DNA of 64,000 bases from Phycisphaerales bacterium (lineage in GTDB: Bacteria > Planctomycetota > Phycisphaerae > SM23-33). Location of the stretch: the NCBI GenBank assembly GCA_018644725.1, contig JABGPZ010000069.1, positions 19,055 through 83,054 on the forward strand, given 5' to 3'. The notes under the pieces are model-generated. The model worked only from the letters and a program-made list of their open reading frames with translations, searched no databases and was not told the origin of the DNA. A program made the position numbers and the translations under genes. Below, piece after piece: positions 48,984 to 58,220 of this stretch (the first letter of the stretch is position 1; every line of letters starts with the position of its first letter).

Positions 48984-49190
48984 AGCGCCGGAGGCGCGAA
49001 AGGGTTTAGCCGGGGGCGTAAGCCCCCGGACCGGTAGTAAAAAGGAGAGAGCCCTGAAAGGGCGAAAGAAAAGGGAAATACGAATTCACCGGGGCTTGCC
49101 TTCGTCTTTTCAAAAACGGGGACAGTTGCAATGCCAACAAAGACAGGATGAGAAAACAATACTAACAAAGAGCAACTGTCCCCATTTTTT
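48984..49190. other. Hairpin-dense AT-rich intergenic element (possible structured RNA or compound terminator)
   Basis: Four hairpins in about 200 nt: GCGCC-gga-GGCGC, CCGGGGGC-gtaa-GCCCCCGG, GCCC-tgaaa-GGGC, and a 12-bp inverted repeat GGGGACAGTTGC...GCAACTGTCCCC with a 42-nt A-rich spacer, flanked by A5 and T6 runs. Confidence 0.3.
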
Positions 49191-49217
49191 AATTCGGGCA
49201 GGCTCTCTATGTAGTTT

Positions 49218-49670
<453 letters not shown>

Positions 49671-49782
49671 GTGGAGTCCTTTCTGGGGAAACGTTGCGTA
49701 CTGGATTGTATGCGGGCGAATTACAGGATGCAAACCAGTCCTCACTGTCCAGTCCCGATTCCTTTCGTATTCTGTGTTGTTC

Positions 49783-50166
49783 CTATAGTGCGTGGCTACG
49801 GAAGAACTCTGCGATTTCAGGTTTCTTTGCCGCTCCCGTTGCGACGGCGATTGTTAAATTATAAACACTACCTTTTGGTGCATTGATTTCAATTCCGTTG
49901 ATGTCTAGAAAGATCAAGGCCGCGGCGGTCCCTACTCGCTTGTTCCCATCGAGGAAGGGGTGATTCTGTACGAGATGATAGAGATAGGCGGCCGCCATTT
50001 CAAAGAGGTTGCCATGCAAATACGTCTTGCCAAACCCACCTTGTGGTTGGGCAATAGCGGATTCGAGTAGACCATTGTCACGGATTCCTGCACTACCGCC
50101 ATAGAGGTCAAGTTGGTTGGTGTGGATTTCAAGAACATCGCCCAGATCAAGAAAGTCAATTTTCAT
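49783..50166 (-). CDS. doc: Doc (death-on-curing, Fic-fold) toxin
   Basis: Fic motif HPFLDGNKR. 127 aa. 3-nt gap to the upstream antitoxin gene. Confidence 0.8.
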   Translation of the reverse strand: MKIDFLDLGDVLEIHTNQLDLYGGSAGIRDNGLLESAIAQPQGGFGKTYLHGNLFEMAAAYLYHLVQNHPFLDGNKRVGTAAALIFLDINGIEINAPKGSVYNLTIAVATGAAKKPEIAEFFRSHAL

Positions 50167-50169
50167 AAT

Positions 50170-50397
50170 TTATTCTCCAAGGCGTTTCAAATCATCACTG
50201 AATTTGCGATTGATTTTGTCCAGCGAGGCGGAGATCTTCTTTTGCCGGGCGGGTTTTCTCGCTGGCGAAACCATCAGAGCGTTACCATCCGTGGAGATCT
50301 CCAGCGGGGTATCCGGGGAGATATGAAGCATCTCCAAAATGGGTTTGTCGATGATGAGGGCGTAGCTGTTTCCGTGTTTTGTCAGTGTTTTAACCAT
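50170..50397 (-). CDS. AbrB/MazE/SpoVT-type antitoxin
   Basis: 75 aa. N-terminal swapped-hairpin motif (TKHGNSYALIIDKPILEMLHI). Immediately upstream of doc. Confidence 0.7.
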   Translation of the reverse strand: MVKTLTKHGNSYALIIDKPILEMLHISPDTPLEISTDGNALMVSPARKPARQKKISASLDKINRKFSDDLKRLGE

Positions 50398-50470
50398 GAG
50401 TGTGCCTCAGTATGGGTTGCGGCCTGGGTCGGTTTGTGTTGCGGCCTTGATCGTGGCAGGGGTGTGCTTT

Positions 50471-50489
50471 GTATATACACAGTATATAC
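50471..50489. promoter_or_regulatory. Candidate antitoxin operator: two palindromic GTATATAC boxes
   Basis: GTATATACacaGTATATAC about 75-90 nt upstream of the antitoxin ATG. Typical of autoregulated TA promoters. Confidence 0.3.
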
Positions 50490-50753
50490 GATGTAATGAC
50501 GTTGTCAAGGTGGATTTCCACAAAACAACCGCCACAATGCCCATTTTCCTGAATAAAAGGGGAAACGATGGTGGAAATTTCGGAAAATGCCGATATAATG
50601 GATCACTGGATTCCCCATCTCATCAGGAAACCGTTTGCAGGGCCGATTCACCGTAATCGATCCCGGCGGCGGGATGATGTGAGGGATAATGCTGACATTC
50701 CGCGGCGCACACCACGTACGCGGGGACACCTTTTGAAACGAAAGGAGTGCAGT

Positions 50754-52466
50754 ATGACCGACGTCACTTCTGCGCCGCCCACGTCAAGCCATGCTGGCAA
50801 GACCGGGGCACAAATTCTCAACGACATCCTGATCGAACAGGGTGTCACACACCTCTTTGGCTACCCCGGCGGGGCAGTCCTTCCTTTTTTCGACGTGCTC
50901 TACAGCTCGGAGATCAACTTCATTCTCTCCCGCCACGAACAGGGTGCGATCCACATGGCCGACGGCTATGCGCGATCCACCGGCGAAGTTGGCTGCGTGC
51001 TGGCAACGTCTGGCCCGGGCGCGACGAATATCGTTACCGGCCTCGCGACGGCGATGATGGACTCGATCCCGATGGTCGCCATCACCGGCCAGGTCAAGAG
51101 CCACCTCATCGGCAACGACGCCTTCCAGGAAGCTGACGTCACGGGCATCACCCGCCCGGTCTGCAAGCACAATTACCTGTGCAAAGACGTCAACGACCTC
51201 GGCCGCATGGTCCGCGAAGCATTCTACATCGCTTCCTCGGGTCGGCCGGGCCCGGTGCTGATCGACATCCCTTCGGATGTCACCACCGCCATCCCCGACG
51301 GCGAGCCGAATCTCGAATTCAACCTCCCCGGCTACAAGCCGCGTGGCGGGCAGGGCAACGACCGTCAGGTCAAGCTCGCCTGTGAAGCCATCAACGCCGC
51401 AGAGCGTCCCGTGCTGTACGTTGGCGGGGGCGTGATCCTCTCTGGCGCATCCGAAGAGCTGCAGGCCGTCGCGCACAAGGGCAAGCTGCCCGTGACGACG
51501 ACGCTGATGGCCCTCGGTGCGTTTGATGAAACCGATGACCTGAGCCTGCGCATGCTCGGCATGCACGGCACGGCCTTTGCCAACTTCGCCGTCCAAGAGG
51601 CGGATGTTCTGGTGAGTGTCGGCGCGCGGTTTGACGACCGCGTCACCGGCGATCTCAGCCGCTTCGCGCCCAAGGCGAAAATCATCCATATCGACATCGA
51701 TCCCGCGAGCATCTCCAAGACCGTCAAGGTCGACATCCCGCTCGTCGGCGATGCCAAGGCGATCCTCACGCAGATGATCGAACATATCGAGTCGCCCGAC
51801 CGGGCACCGTGGCTGAAGCAGATTGCCGACTGGAAAACCGAATACCCCATGGCCTATGCCACTGAGGGCAATATCCGGCCGCAGGAAGTGATCGCGATGC
51901 TCGGCGAGAAGACCGACCACGACGCGATTATCGCCACCGGCGTTGGCCAGCACCAGATGTGGGCTGCACAGTTCTACGGCTGGAAACGGCCGCGACAGAT
52001 GCTGACCTCTGGCGGACTGGGAACGATGGGCTATGGCGTGCCGGCGGCAATTGGTGCGCAATTTGCCAATCCCGACAAGCTCGTGGTCGACATCGACGGC
52101 GACGGCAGTTTCTCCATGACGATGGTCGAAGTGATCACCGCCGTGGGCTATAAAATGCCGACGAAATTCATCGTCCTCGACAACGATTACCTCGGCATGG
52201 TTCGCCAGTGGCAGGAGATGTTCTACGGCCATCGCTACAGCGGCGTGACCCACCCGTGTCCGGACTTCTCGTCGATTGCCAAGGCCTTTGGTGCCGAAAG
52301 CATTCAGGTCACCGAACGCGAAGACCTCTCGGCCGCGATGGACAAAATGATCGCCTCCGAAGGCACCTTCGTCCTGCACGTCTGCGTCGAGAAGGAAGAA
52401 AACGTTTATCCCATGGTCGCCGCGGGCAAGGCACTCCATGAAATCATTATGCCCGAGCTGATCTAA
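50754..52466 (+). CDS. ilvB: Acetolactate synthase large subunit
   Basis: ThDP enzyme motifs (GYPGGAVLPFFD, ATSGPGATN, GDGSFSM...). AAGGAG SD before the ATG at 50754. The track's in-frame start at 50568 lacks an SD and lies in the leader. Confidence 0.9.
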   Translation: MTDVTSAPPTSSHAGKTGAQILNDILIEQGVTHLFGYPGGAVLPFFDVLYSSEINFILSRHEQGAIHMADGYARSTGEVGCVLATSGPGATNIVTGLATAMMDSIPMVAITGQVKSHLIGNDAFQEADVTGITRPVCKHNYLCKDVNDLGRMVREAFYIASSGRPGPVLIDIPSDVTTAIPDGEPNLEFNLPGYKPRGGQGNDRQVKLACEAINAAERPVLYVGGGVILSGASEELQAVAHKGKLPVTTTLMALGAFDETDDLSLRMLGMHGTAFANFAVQEADVLVSVGARFDDRVTGDLSRFAPKAKIIHIDIDPASISKTVKVDIPLVGDAKAILTQMIEHIESPDRAPWLKQIADWKTEYPMAYATEGNIRPQEVIAMLGEKTDHDAIIATGVGQHQMWAAQFYGWKRPRQMLTSGGLGTMGYGVPAAIGAQFANPDKLVVDIDGDGSFSMTMVEVITAVGYKMPTKFIVLDNDYLGMVRQWQEMFYGHRYSGVTHPCPDFSSIAKAFGAESIQVTEREDLSAAMDKMIASEGTFVLHVCVEKEENVYPMVAAGKALHEIIMPELI

Positions 52467-52477
52467 GGAGACTCACT

Positions 52478-52972
52478 ATGAAACACGTCATTACCGCCGT
52501 TGTGCAGAATGAACCGGGCGTGCTCGCGCATGTCGCGGGCATGTTCGCCGCACGTGGCTATAACATCGATTCGCTCGTCGTCGGGCGGACCGAACATCCT
52601 GACATGTCCCGCATGACCATCGTTGTCAAGGGCGACACGGAAATCCTCGAGCAGGTGCGCAAGCAGCTGCAGAAGGTGATCAACGTCGTCCGCGTCCGCG
52701 ATTACAGCGAACTGGAAAACGTCCAGCGCGACTTGATGCTGGTCCGCATTCACGTTTCGCCCGAAAAGCGTCACGAGGTGCTCGCGCTGGTGGACATGTT
52801 CCGCGGCCATACCGTCGATGTCAGCCGCAACAGCATCATGGTCGAACTCGTCGGCCCGGAAGATCGCCTCGAGGCGTTCACCGAGCTGGTCCGGCCGTAC
52901 GGCATTCAGGAACTCGCGCGCACTGGCATCATCGCCATGAAGCGCGGCAACCAGTCCGCCGGAAAAGAATAG
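52478..52972 (+). CDS. ilvN: Acetolactate synthase small (regulatory) subunit
   Basis: ACT domain (HVITAVVQNEPGVLAHVAGMFAARGYNIDSLVVG). Confidence 0.85.
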   Translation: MKHVITAVVQNEPGVLAHVAGMFAARGYNIDSLVVGRTEHPDMSRMTIVVKGDTEILEQVRKQLQKVINVVRVRDYSELENVQRDLMLVRIHVSPEKRHEVLALVDMFRGHTVDVSRNSIMVELVGPEDRLEAFTELVRPYGIQELARTGIIAMKRGNQSAGKE

Positions 52973-53030
52973 AAAAGAGAGGCTTGAGGCGATAGGCCTT
53001 AGGCTGTAGGAAAAAAGAAAACAGATTGCT

Positions 53031-53059
53031 GGGGCATCCCTTGGGGGTGCCCCATTTTT
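53031..53059 (+). terminator. Rho-independent terminator after ilvN
   Basis: GGGGCA...TGCCCC hairpin followed by TTTTT. Confidence 0.5.
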
Positions 53060-53083
53060 ATGCCAACTGGATGCGGCCACACA

Positions 53084-53121
53084 AAAACGCCCGGCGGGAT
53101 TCGATTCCCATCGGGCGTTTT
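53084..53121. terminator. Bidirectional rho-independent terminator
   Basis: AAAACGCCCG...CGGGCGTTTT 10-bp stem with a structured loop. Serves convergent ilvN and the pseudopilin gene. Confidence 0.6.
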
Positions 53122-53147
53122 TGTCTTCGATTCGGGTTCGACGCGAA

Positions 53148-53591
53148 TCAGGACTCGTCGTCTTCGATATTGGAAATGTCGTCGTCGTCACCTTCGGTCT
53201 TGTTCGGGCCCGAGGAGGTGAGCTTGTAGGTGTTGTTGCCGTCATCATCTTCGAGGCGCTCATAGATCAGTTCCTTGCCCCAGGGGTCCTTGGGGGGGAA
53301 CTTGTTTTTCTTGACGTATGGCCCGCCCCATTCTTTGGCTTTCTCTTCGTCGTCGGGCGCGTTGAGGAGGTCTTCGAGAGTTTCGGGCGCTTCGCCCATG
53401 TGTCGAATATAGATATCGATGGACTGGGTGCAGAGGCTTTCGATTTGCGCGGTGGCGGCGGAGATTTTGGCCTTCTTTTCGGTCCCGCCAAAGACGGAGA
53501 TCGACACGGCTGCAAGGGTCACGAGGATGCCCAGCACGAGGAGCACTTCGACAAGGGTGAAGCCTTGATTGCGTCGGATACGGCGATTCAT
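53148..53591 (-). CDS. Type II secretion / type IV pilin-like pseudopilin (prepilin N-terminal methylation motif)
   Basis: MNRRIRRNQGFTLVEVLLVLGILVTLAAV: the G-F-T-L-V-E class-III signal-peptide cleavage and methylation motif. Highly acidic C-terminal tail (DDDDISNIEDDES). The long N-terminal extension in the track is rejected. Confidence 0.75.
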   Translation of the reverse strand: MNRRIRRNQGFTLVEVLLVLGILVTLAAVSISVFGGTEKKAKISAATAQIESLCTQSIDIYIRHMGEAPETLEDLLNAPDDEEKAKEWGGPYVKKNKFPPKDPWGKELIYERLEDDDGNNTYKLTSSGPNKTEGDDDDISNIEDDES

Positions 53592-53706
53592 AATGGAGAT
53601 CCTTTCATTGAGGTCGTCACAGCGATTACTTGTTATAAGATGTAACGCAGTATAGTGGACTTTGTTCCCCGTGAAAAGAAAAAAAGGCCCGCGTGGGGCC
53701 TTTGGT

Positions 53707-54093
53707 TTATTCGCCGGGGAGGGGGGTTTCGGTGACACTCCACTGGGCATCGACCCAGAGAGTGATGATTTCGAGTTCCGGATAACGCTCACGCAGCATG
53801 GCCTTGGCTTTGACAAGCTGCTGGCGCTGGGTGTCATCCGAGACGCAATTGCCCGCACAGTCGGCGTGGGCGACGACGGCAATGTGCTGGCTTCCGTGAA
53901 CGCCCACCGAGATGTCAAGGCGGTGGAAAATGGCCTTCAGCAATTCTTGGCGTTCGCACCCACTGAGAATGGACACAATCCCGGTTTCGGTAATCGTATC
54001 GATCCACGGCGCGCTGAAGCGCTCGACGAGGTAGTCGTAGGAAGGCTTTTGGATCCGCCCATCCATGCAGGTAAGTACTGTTGCAAACTTCAT
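53707..54093 (-). CDS. Hypothetical small protein with beta-carbonic-anhydrase-like Cys/His motifs
   Basis: AAGGAG SD. CMDGR and HADCAGN resemble the CxDxR / HxxC zinc-ligand motifs of beta-CA, but 128 aa is shorter than a canonical beta-CA. Confidence 0.45.
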   Translation of the reverse strand: MKFATVLTCMDGRIQKPSYDYLVERFSAPWIDTITETGIVSILSGCERQELLKAIFHRLDISVGVHGSQHIAVVAHADCAGNCVSDDTQRQQLVKAKAMLRERYPELEIITLWVDAQWSVTETPLPGE

Positions 54094-54114
54094 GAGACTC
54101 CTTGTGCGTTGGAG

Positions 54115-54516
54115 CTAGTTGATTGCGAGGAGTTCGATTTCGAAGATCAGCGTTTCGTTGGGGCCGATCACGCCGCCCGCGCCAAACTCGCCATAGCCCA
54201 GCGCGGGGGGAATAATGACTTCCCATTTCGCGCCGATGCTCATCATCCCGACCGCTTCGGTCCACCCAGCGATCACGCCGTTGAGGGGGAACTGGATCGA
54301 GGAGTTGCGCGAGTAGGAGCTGTCAAATTCGCTCCCATCAATGTGCGTGCCGCGATAGTGCACGGTGACGACGTCAATGGGTTTGGGCGATTCGGTCGAG
54401 TCGCTGGCGGTCAGAACGCGGTACAGCAGGCCGCTTTCGGTGGCGGTATAGCCGCCTTCGTCGGTCTTGGCTTGCATGAAGGCTTGACCCTGTTCAAGGT
54501 TTTTTTCTGCGGTCAT
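54115..54516 (-). CDS. FKBP-type peptidyl-prolyl cis-trans isomerase
   Basis: VHYRGTHIDGSEFDSSY...FPLNGVIAGWTEAV...GYGEFGAGGVIGPNETLIFEIELL is the classic FKBP domain. Confidence 0.85.
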   Translation of the reverse strand: MTAEKNLEQGQAFMQAKTDEGGYTATESGLLYRVLTASDSTESPKPIDVVTVHYRGTHIDGSEFDSSYSRNSSIQFPLNGVIAGWTEAVGMMSIGAKWEVIIPPALGYGEFGAGGVIGPNETLIFEIELLAIN

Positions 54517-54740
54517 GATGATTTTCCTGGTTGAGGGATGATTCGTTGCTTGATGGAATACAATATATGATATTTAAAAGTATAGGCATAATCCGAGATG
54601 TTTCAAGTAGATTATGAATAATAAAGAGTTTGTCTATTTTTCGCCAGAGTACATACTTCCTGTTGTCTATAGAGATGTGAAAAGTTGCGGAAATGTAAAG
54701 GAATATTGTGACTAATAATAAGTACCAATAGTGTCCGTTG

Positions 54741-54775
54741 GGTTTTCAGGAAGAGAAGTATGCTTCATACTTCTC
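54741..54775 (-). terminator. Perfect 13-bp hairpin downstream of the U32 peptidase gene
   Basis: GAAGAGAAGTATG-cttc-ATACTTCTCTTC, immediately 3' of the minus-strand stop at 54787. Confidence 0.45.
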
Positions 54776-54786
54776 TTCGGGTTCGA

Positions 54787-57288
54787 TTATCGGCTGCGCG
54801 GAATTTCTCTGGGCGCAGGTGGGATGTAGGTGTCATCCTGCGCGGCGGGTTTGGCAGGTTTGGCAGGTTTGACGGGTTTGCTGGCTGCGGGCTCGGGCGC
54901 GAGGGGCGCGGGGGCCTCGCCGCGAAGCAGTGCGGATCCCAGGAGGACTTCGATTTCCTCGGCGGTTTCTGTGAGAAATTCGATGCGGGTGGTGCTGTCG
55001 CCGCGCGGCTTGGAGGGGAAGGTCAGCTCGTCGTCAAGAATTTCGATTCGTCCCACGCCATCGCGCCGAACTTCGAGCGTGTGGGCTTCGTCGTGGATGA
55101 GTGTGACGTGGTGATCTTTGCAGGGCTGGCCGCAATGGGGGTAGTCGGCCCCGGCGGCGAGGTGGTGGGAGATGGGGCAATATTGGGTGTAGAACAGGGC
55201 GGCGTGATAGCCTCGCAAGGCTTCGATGCGCGCGGGGTCCAGCGCCAGGGTCATGGTTTTGCGAGCGACGTCGTTGGCGTCGAGGCCGGGGGCAACGCGG
55301 TCGGCACCAAGCGCGAGGAGCTCGGCGGCGGCCAGCGGATTGATGGCGTTGAGGCTCCAGTCCGCGACGATCAGCCATTCGGGGTGGGCGGCGCGAGTGG
55401 CCTGGAGGGCGGTGATGTTCCGCGCCAACATGCCGGTGATGCCACTGATCGAAAGCAGATCGTCGAGGTAGGCGCGCTGGTCGGGCCCCATTACGCGCGG
55501 AGACACCACGCCCGCGGCGATGCCAAGATCGAGGCATTGCTCAATGGCATCGGGGATTTGCTGGCGCGGCAACTCCAGCCAGAGGCGTCCCAGACCGGAG
55601 CGTTTGGAGAGAGTTTTCGCGGCGGGAAGAACCTGATCGCGATGGCGTACGAGGATTGTTTTTTCGATTTCGGGTGCCGCCGGGAGAGACTCCAGCGATT
55701 CGCGCAGGCGAGACATCGCGCCGGTGTCGAAGGGTTTGGCGGGGTGGGCCGAGGCGACGAGGGCTTCGGTCAGCTCGCGGCGGAGCTGGTTGACCAGGCT
55801 CGCGGGGACAAACACACCGAGTTCGTCGGCCGGGCCGTCGGGGCCAGTGAGCGTGACGGACTCGAGCGAAAAAGGTGTGTTGCTGAGTTTGGCCAGTTGG
55901 GTCTGGAGAAATTCGAGAGTGAGCGGTTTTCGCTCCGAGGCCTCGAGGGGCGTTTCGGATTCGACGGTGATTTCCCCTGCGCGCAGGCGGAGGGGGGTGT
56001 CGACGGAGGCTTCGACCTCGATGCACAGCGGCACGCGGCGGTGGGGTTCGACGCGGGTGAAGGATTGGCGGATTTCGCGTTGGAGGCTTGGCGCGGAGGT
56101 CAGATAGAGCTCGTCGCCAGGCTGGACGTTGTCGAGGCCATTGCTGCGGCCGACGATGATCTCGAATTGGCCTGATGCGGCGCGGCGGGTGTTGAAGAGG
56201 ATTCCCCCCGGGCGGCGATCGTCTTCGTCAAAGGCGCCAAAGGCGAGCCCGTCGCCCGCTTCCAGCTCGCCGGCTTCTTCGCGCATTCGCACGAACAGTG
56301 TTTCGCCGCCAAAGACGCGTGTGACCACGCCGACGGCCAGGCCGACGTTGCCTGCAACGGTGGTGTCGACGAGTTTATTGTGCACATTTCCGTCGACATA
56401 GCCTTCGGAAAATCCGCGGGAAAACGCCAGCGTCAATCGGTCGGATTCGCTTTGGGTCATCGTGCGGGGGGTGCCTTCGAGGACGTCGTCGAGCAGCGAG
56501 CGATAGACGCCGACCACGGCGGCGACATACTCGGGGCTTTTGAGTCGCCCTTCGATTTTGAAGCTGGTCGCGCCAGCGGTGGCGAGGTCGCCAAGGCGGT
56601 TCGCCAGGCACAAGTCGCGCGGGCTGAGCAGGTGATGGCCGGGAGTGGACACGGCCTTGCCGTCCGATTGCATCTCCCAGTCCAGCCGGCAGGGTTGGGC
56701 GCATTCGCCGCGATTTCCGCTGCGATGGCCGAGATGGCGTGAGGCCTGGCATTGGCCGGAATAGCTGATGCACATCGCGCCGTGGACAAACATCTCCAGC
56801 TCGACGGAGGTGTCGCGGCGGATGGTGGCGAGGTCTTCGAGGGAGGTTTCGCGTGGAAGAATCACACGCTTGAGGCCCCAGCGTTCGGCGGCGGCGGTGA
56901 TGGCGAGCGGTTCGGCGAGGGTGAGTTGCGTCGAGGCATGCAACGCCAGCGAGGGGCAGGCCTCAGCCGCCAAAGCTGCCAGCGCAGGGTCCTGGACGAT
57001 CAGGGCGTCGATGCCGAGTTCGCACAATTGCTGGAGGTACGTCGCGGCGTGGTCGACTTCGCCGTCGCGTAGCAACGTGTTCATCGCCACATAGAGTTTC
57101 GCCCCGCAGCGGCGGGTGAGCTCGAGTGCGTCGGGCAGAGTTTCGAGGGAAAAGTTTTCCGCACGGCGGCGGGCAGAGAACCGGTCCAGGCCGAGATATA
57201 CGGCGTCGGCCCCGTTGGCGAGGGCGGCGCGAAGGCTCTCAAGGCTTCCGGCGGGTGCGAGCAATTCGAGTTGGGAGGGAGGATTCAT
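54787..57288 (-). CDS. Peptidase U32 family protein, long form (about 833 aa) with Pro/Lys-rich C-terminal tail
   Basis: N-terminus MNPPSQLELLAPAGSLESLRAALANGADAVYLG is typical of U32 proteins. Conserved E-x-F-x-H-G-A-x-C and Cys cluster (HGAMCISYSGQC...CAQPC). C-terminal KPVKPAKPAKPA repeats. The track's 5' extension to 57948 overlaps the SDR gene and is rejected. Confidence 0.75.
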   Translation of the reverse strand: MNPPSQLELLAPAGSLESLRAALANGADAVYLGLDRFSARRRAENFSLETLPDALELTRRCGAKLYVAMNTLLRDGEVDHAATYLQQLCELGIDALIVQDPALAALAAEACPSLALHASTQLTLAEPLAITAAAERWGLKRVILPRETSLEDLATIRRDTSVELEMFVHGAMCISYSGQCQASRHLGHRSGNRGECAQPCRLDWEMQSDGKAVSTPGHHLLSPRDLCLANRLGDLATAGATSFKIEGRLKSPEYVAAVVGVYRSLLDDVLEGTPRTMTQSESDRLTLAFSRGFSEGYVDGNVHNKLVDTTVAGNVGLAVGVVTRVFGGETLFVRMREEAGELEAGDGLAFGAFDEDDRRPGGILFNTRRAASGQFEIIVGRSNGLDNVQPGDELYLTSAPSLQREIRQSFTRVEPHRRVPLCIEVEASVDTPLRLRAGEITVESETPLEASERKPLTLEFLQTQLAKLSNTPFSLESVTLTGPDGPADELGVFVPASLVNQLRRELTEALVASAHPAKPFDTGAMSRLRESLESLPAAPEIEKTILVRHRDQVLPAAKTLSKRSGLGRLWLELPRQQIPDAIEQCLDLGIAAGVVSPRVMGPDQRAYLDDLLSISGITGMLARNITALQATRAAHPEWLIVADWSLNAINPLAAAELLALGADRVAPGLDANDVARKTMTLALDPARIEALRGYHAALFYTQYCPISHHLAAGADYPHCGQPCKDHHVTLIHDEAHTLEVRRDGVGRIEILDDELTFPSKPRGDSTTRIEFLTETAEEIEVLLGSALLRGEAPAPLAPEPAASKPVKPAKPAKPAAQDDTYIPPAPREIPRSR

Positions 57289-57382
57289 GGCGGCAGTATA
57301 CACGATTGGCGCGCAAAGTGGGGGATGGAAAATAAATGGTTGTGCGGCTATGCTATAGGGTCCTGAAAGGAAGGATGAATTC

Positions 57383-58204
57383 ATGACATCAACAGAACGA
57401 CGGATAGCGGTGGTCACGGGCGCCTCGGCCGGGTTGGGCGCGGAGTTTTCGCGCCAGCTTGCAGCGCGCGGAGAGTGTGTGTGGCTGGTCGCGCGGCGAG
57501 AAGATCGCCTCGAAGCGCTGGCCGAGGAGATCCGTGCGGCGGGTGGCGCGTGTGAGGTGGTCGTGTGCGATTTGACCGACGATGTGCAACTTGCGGCGCT
57601 GTGCGATCGCATTGCCGCCGAGGAAGGACTGTCCGTGCTGGTGAACAACGCCGGGTTCGGCAGCAAGTCGCGCTTTGCGGACTCGACCGTCGGCCCGCAG
57701 GATGCGATGGCCAGGCTGCATGTGCTGGCGACGGTGCGGCTGACGCATGCGGCGCTGGGGCGGATGGGCCAGAATGGCCGGGGACGGATTTTGAATGTAG
57801 CGTCGGTGGCGGGCTTCTTCCAGAGCCCCACGGACGTGATGTATTGCTCGACCAAGGCGTGGATGATCTCGTTCACCGAAGGGCTTTGTCTGGAGCTGGA
57901 CGGAATGGGCGTCTCGGCGACGGTGGTGTGTCCCGGATTTACGATCACCGAGTTTCACGATGTGCTGGGCGTATCGCGTTCGACGGTGCCCAAGCATCAT
58001 TGGCTTAAGGCCGACTATGTCGTCGCCAAGGCGCTCGCGGCGATGGATCGAGGGAAGTGGATTTGTATTCCGCATTGGCGATACAAGCTATATGCGATGA
58101 TCGGCAACGTGTTGCCCAAGTGGATTCTTCATCCGTTGTCGCGCCGTCGTCGTCGACGCAATGACGCGATTCGCGCGAACGAAACACCGACCCCATCGGA
58201 TTGA
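57383..58204 (+). CDS. Short-chain dehydrogenase/reductase (SDR)
   Basis: TGASAGLG cofactor motif, NNAG, catalytic YCSTK (YxxxK). Confidence 0.85.
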   Translation: MTSTERRIAVVTGASAGLGAEFSRQLAARGECVWLVARREDRLEALAEEIRAAGGACEVVVCDLTDDVQLAALCDRIAAEEGLSVLVNNAGFGSKSRFADSTVGPQDAMARLHVLATVRLTHAALGRMGQNGRGRILNVASVAGFFQSPTDVMYCSTKAWMISFTEGLCLELDGMGVSATVVCPGFTITEFHDVLGVSRSTVPKHHWLKADYVVAKALAAMDRGKWICIPHWRYKLYAMIGNVLPKWILHPLSRRRRRRNDAIRANETPTPSD

Positions 58205-58220
58205 GTTGACCTTGTGCATA

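Noticed and set aside
50568-50753. In-frame upstream start for ilvB giving a 62-aa N-terminal extension
   Set aside because: No SD. The extension is Arg-rich, non-homologous to ALS, and overlaps the promoter-like TATAAT. The ATG at 50754 has a perfect AAGGAG SD.
53662-54534. 290-aa plus-strand ORF
   Set aside because: It is antisense to the SD-supported beta-CA-like and FKBP genes and Gly/Ala/Asp-rich. Judged spurious.
57289-57948. N-terminal about 220-aa extension of the U32 peptidase ORF
   Set aside because: It overlaps the well-supported SDR gene on the opposite strand and is low-complexity. The U32 family N-terminus (MNPPSQLELLAPAG) begins at 57288.
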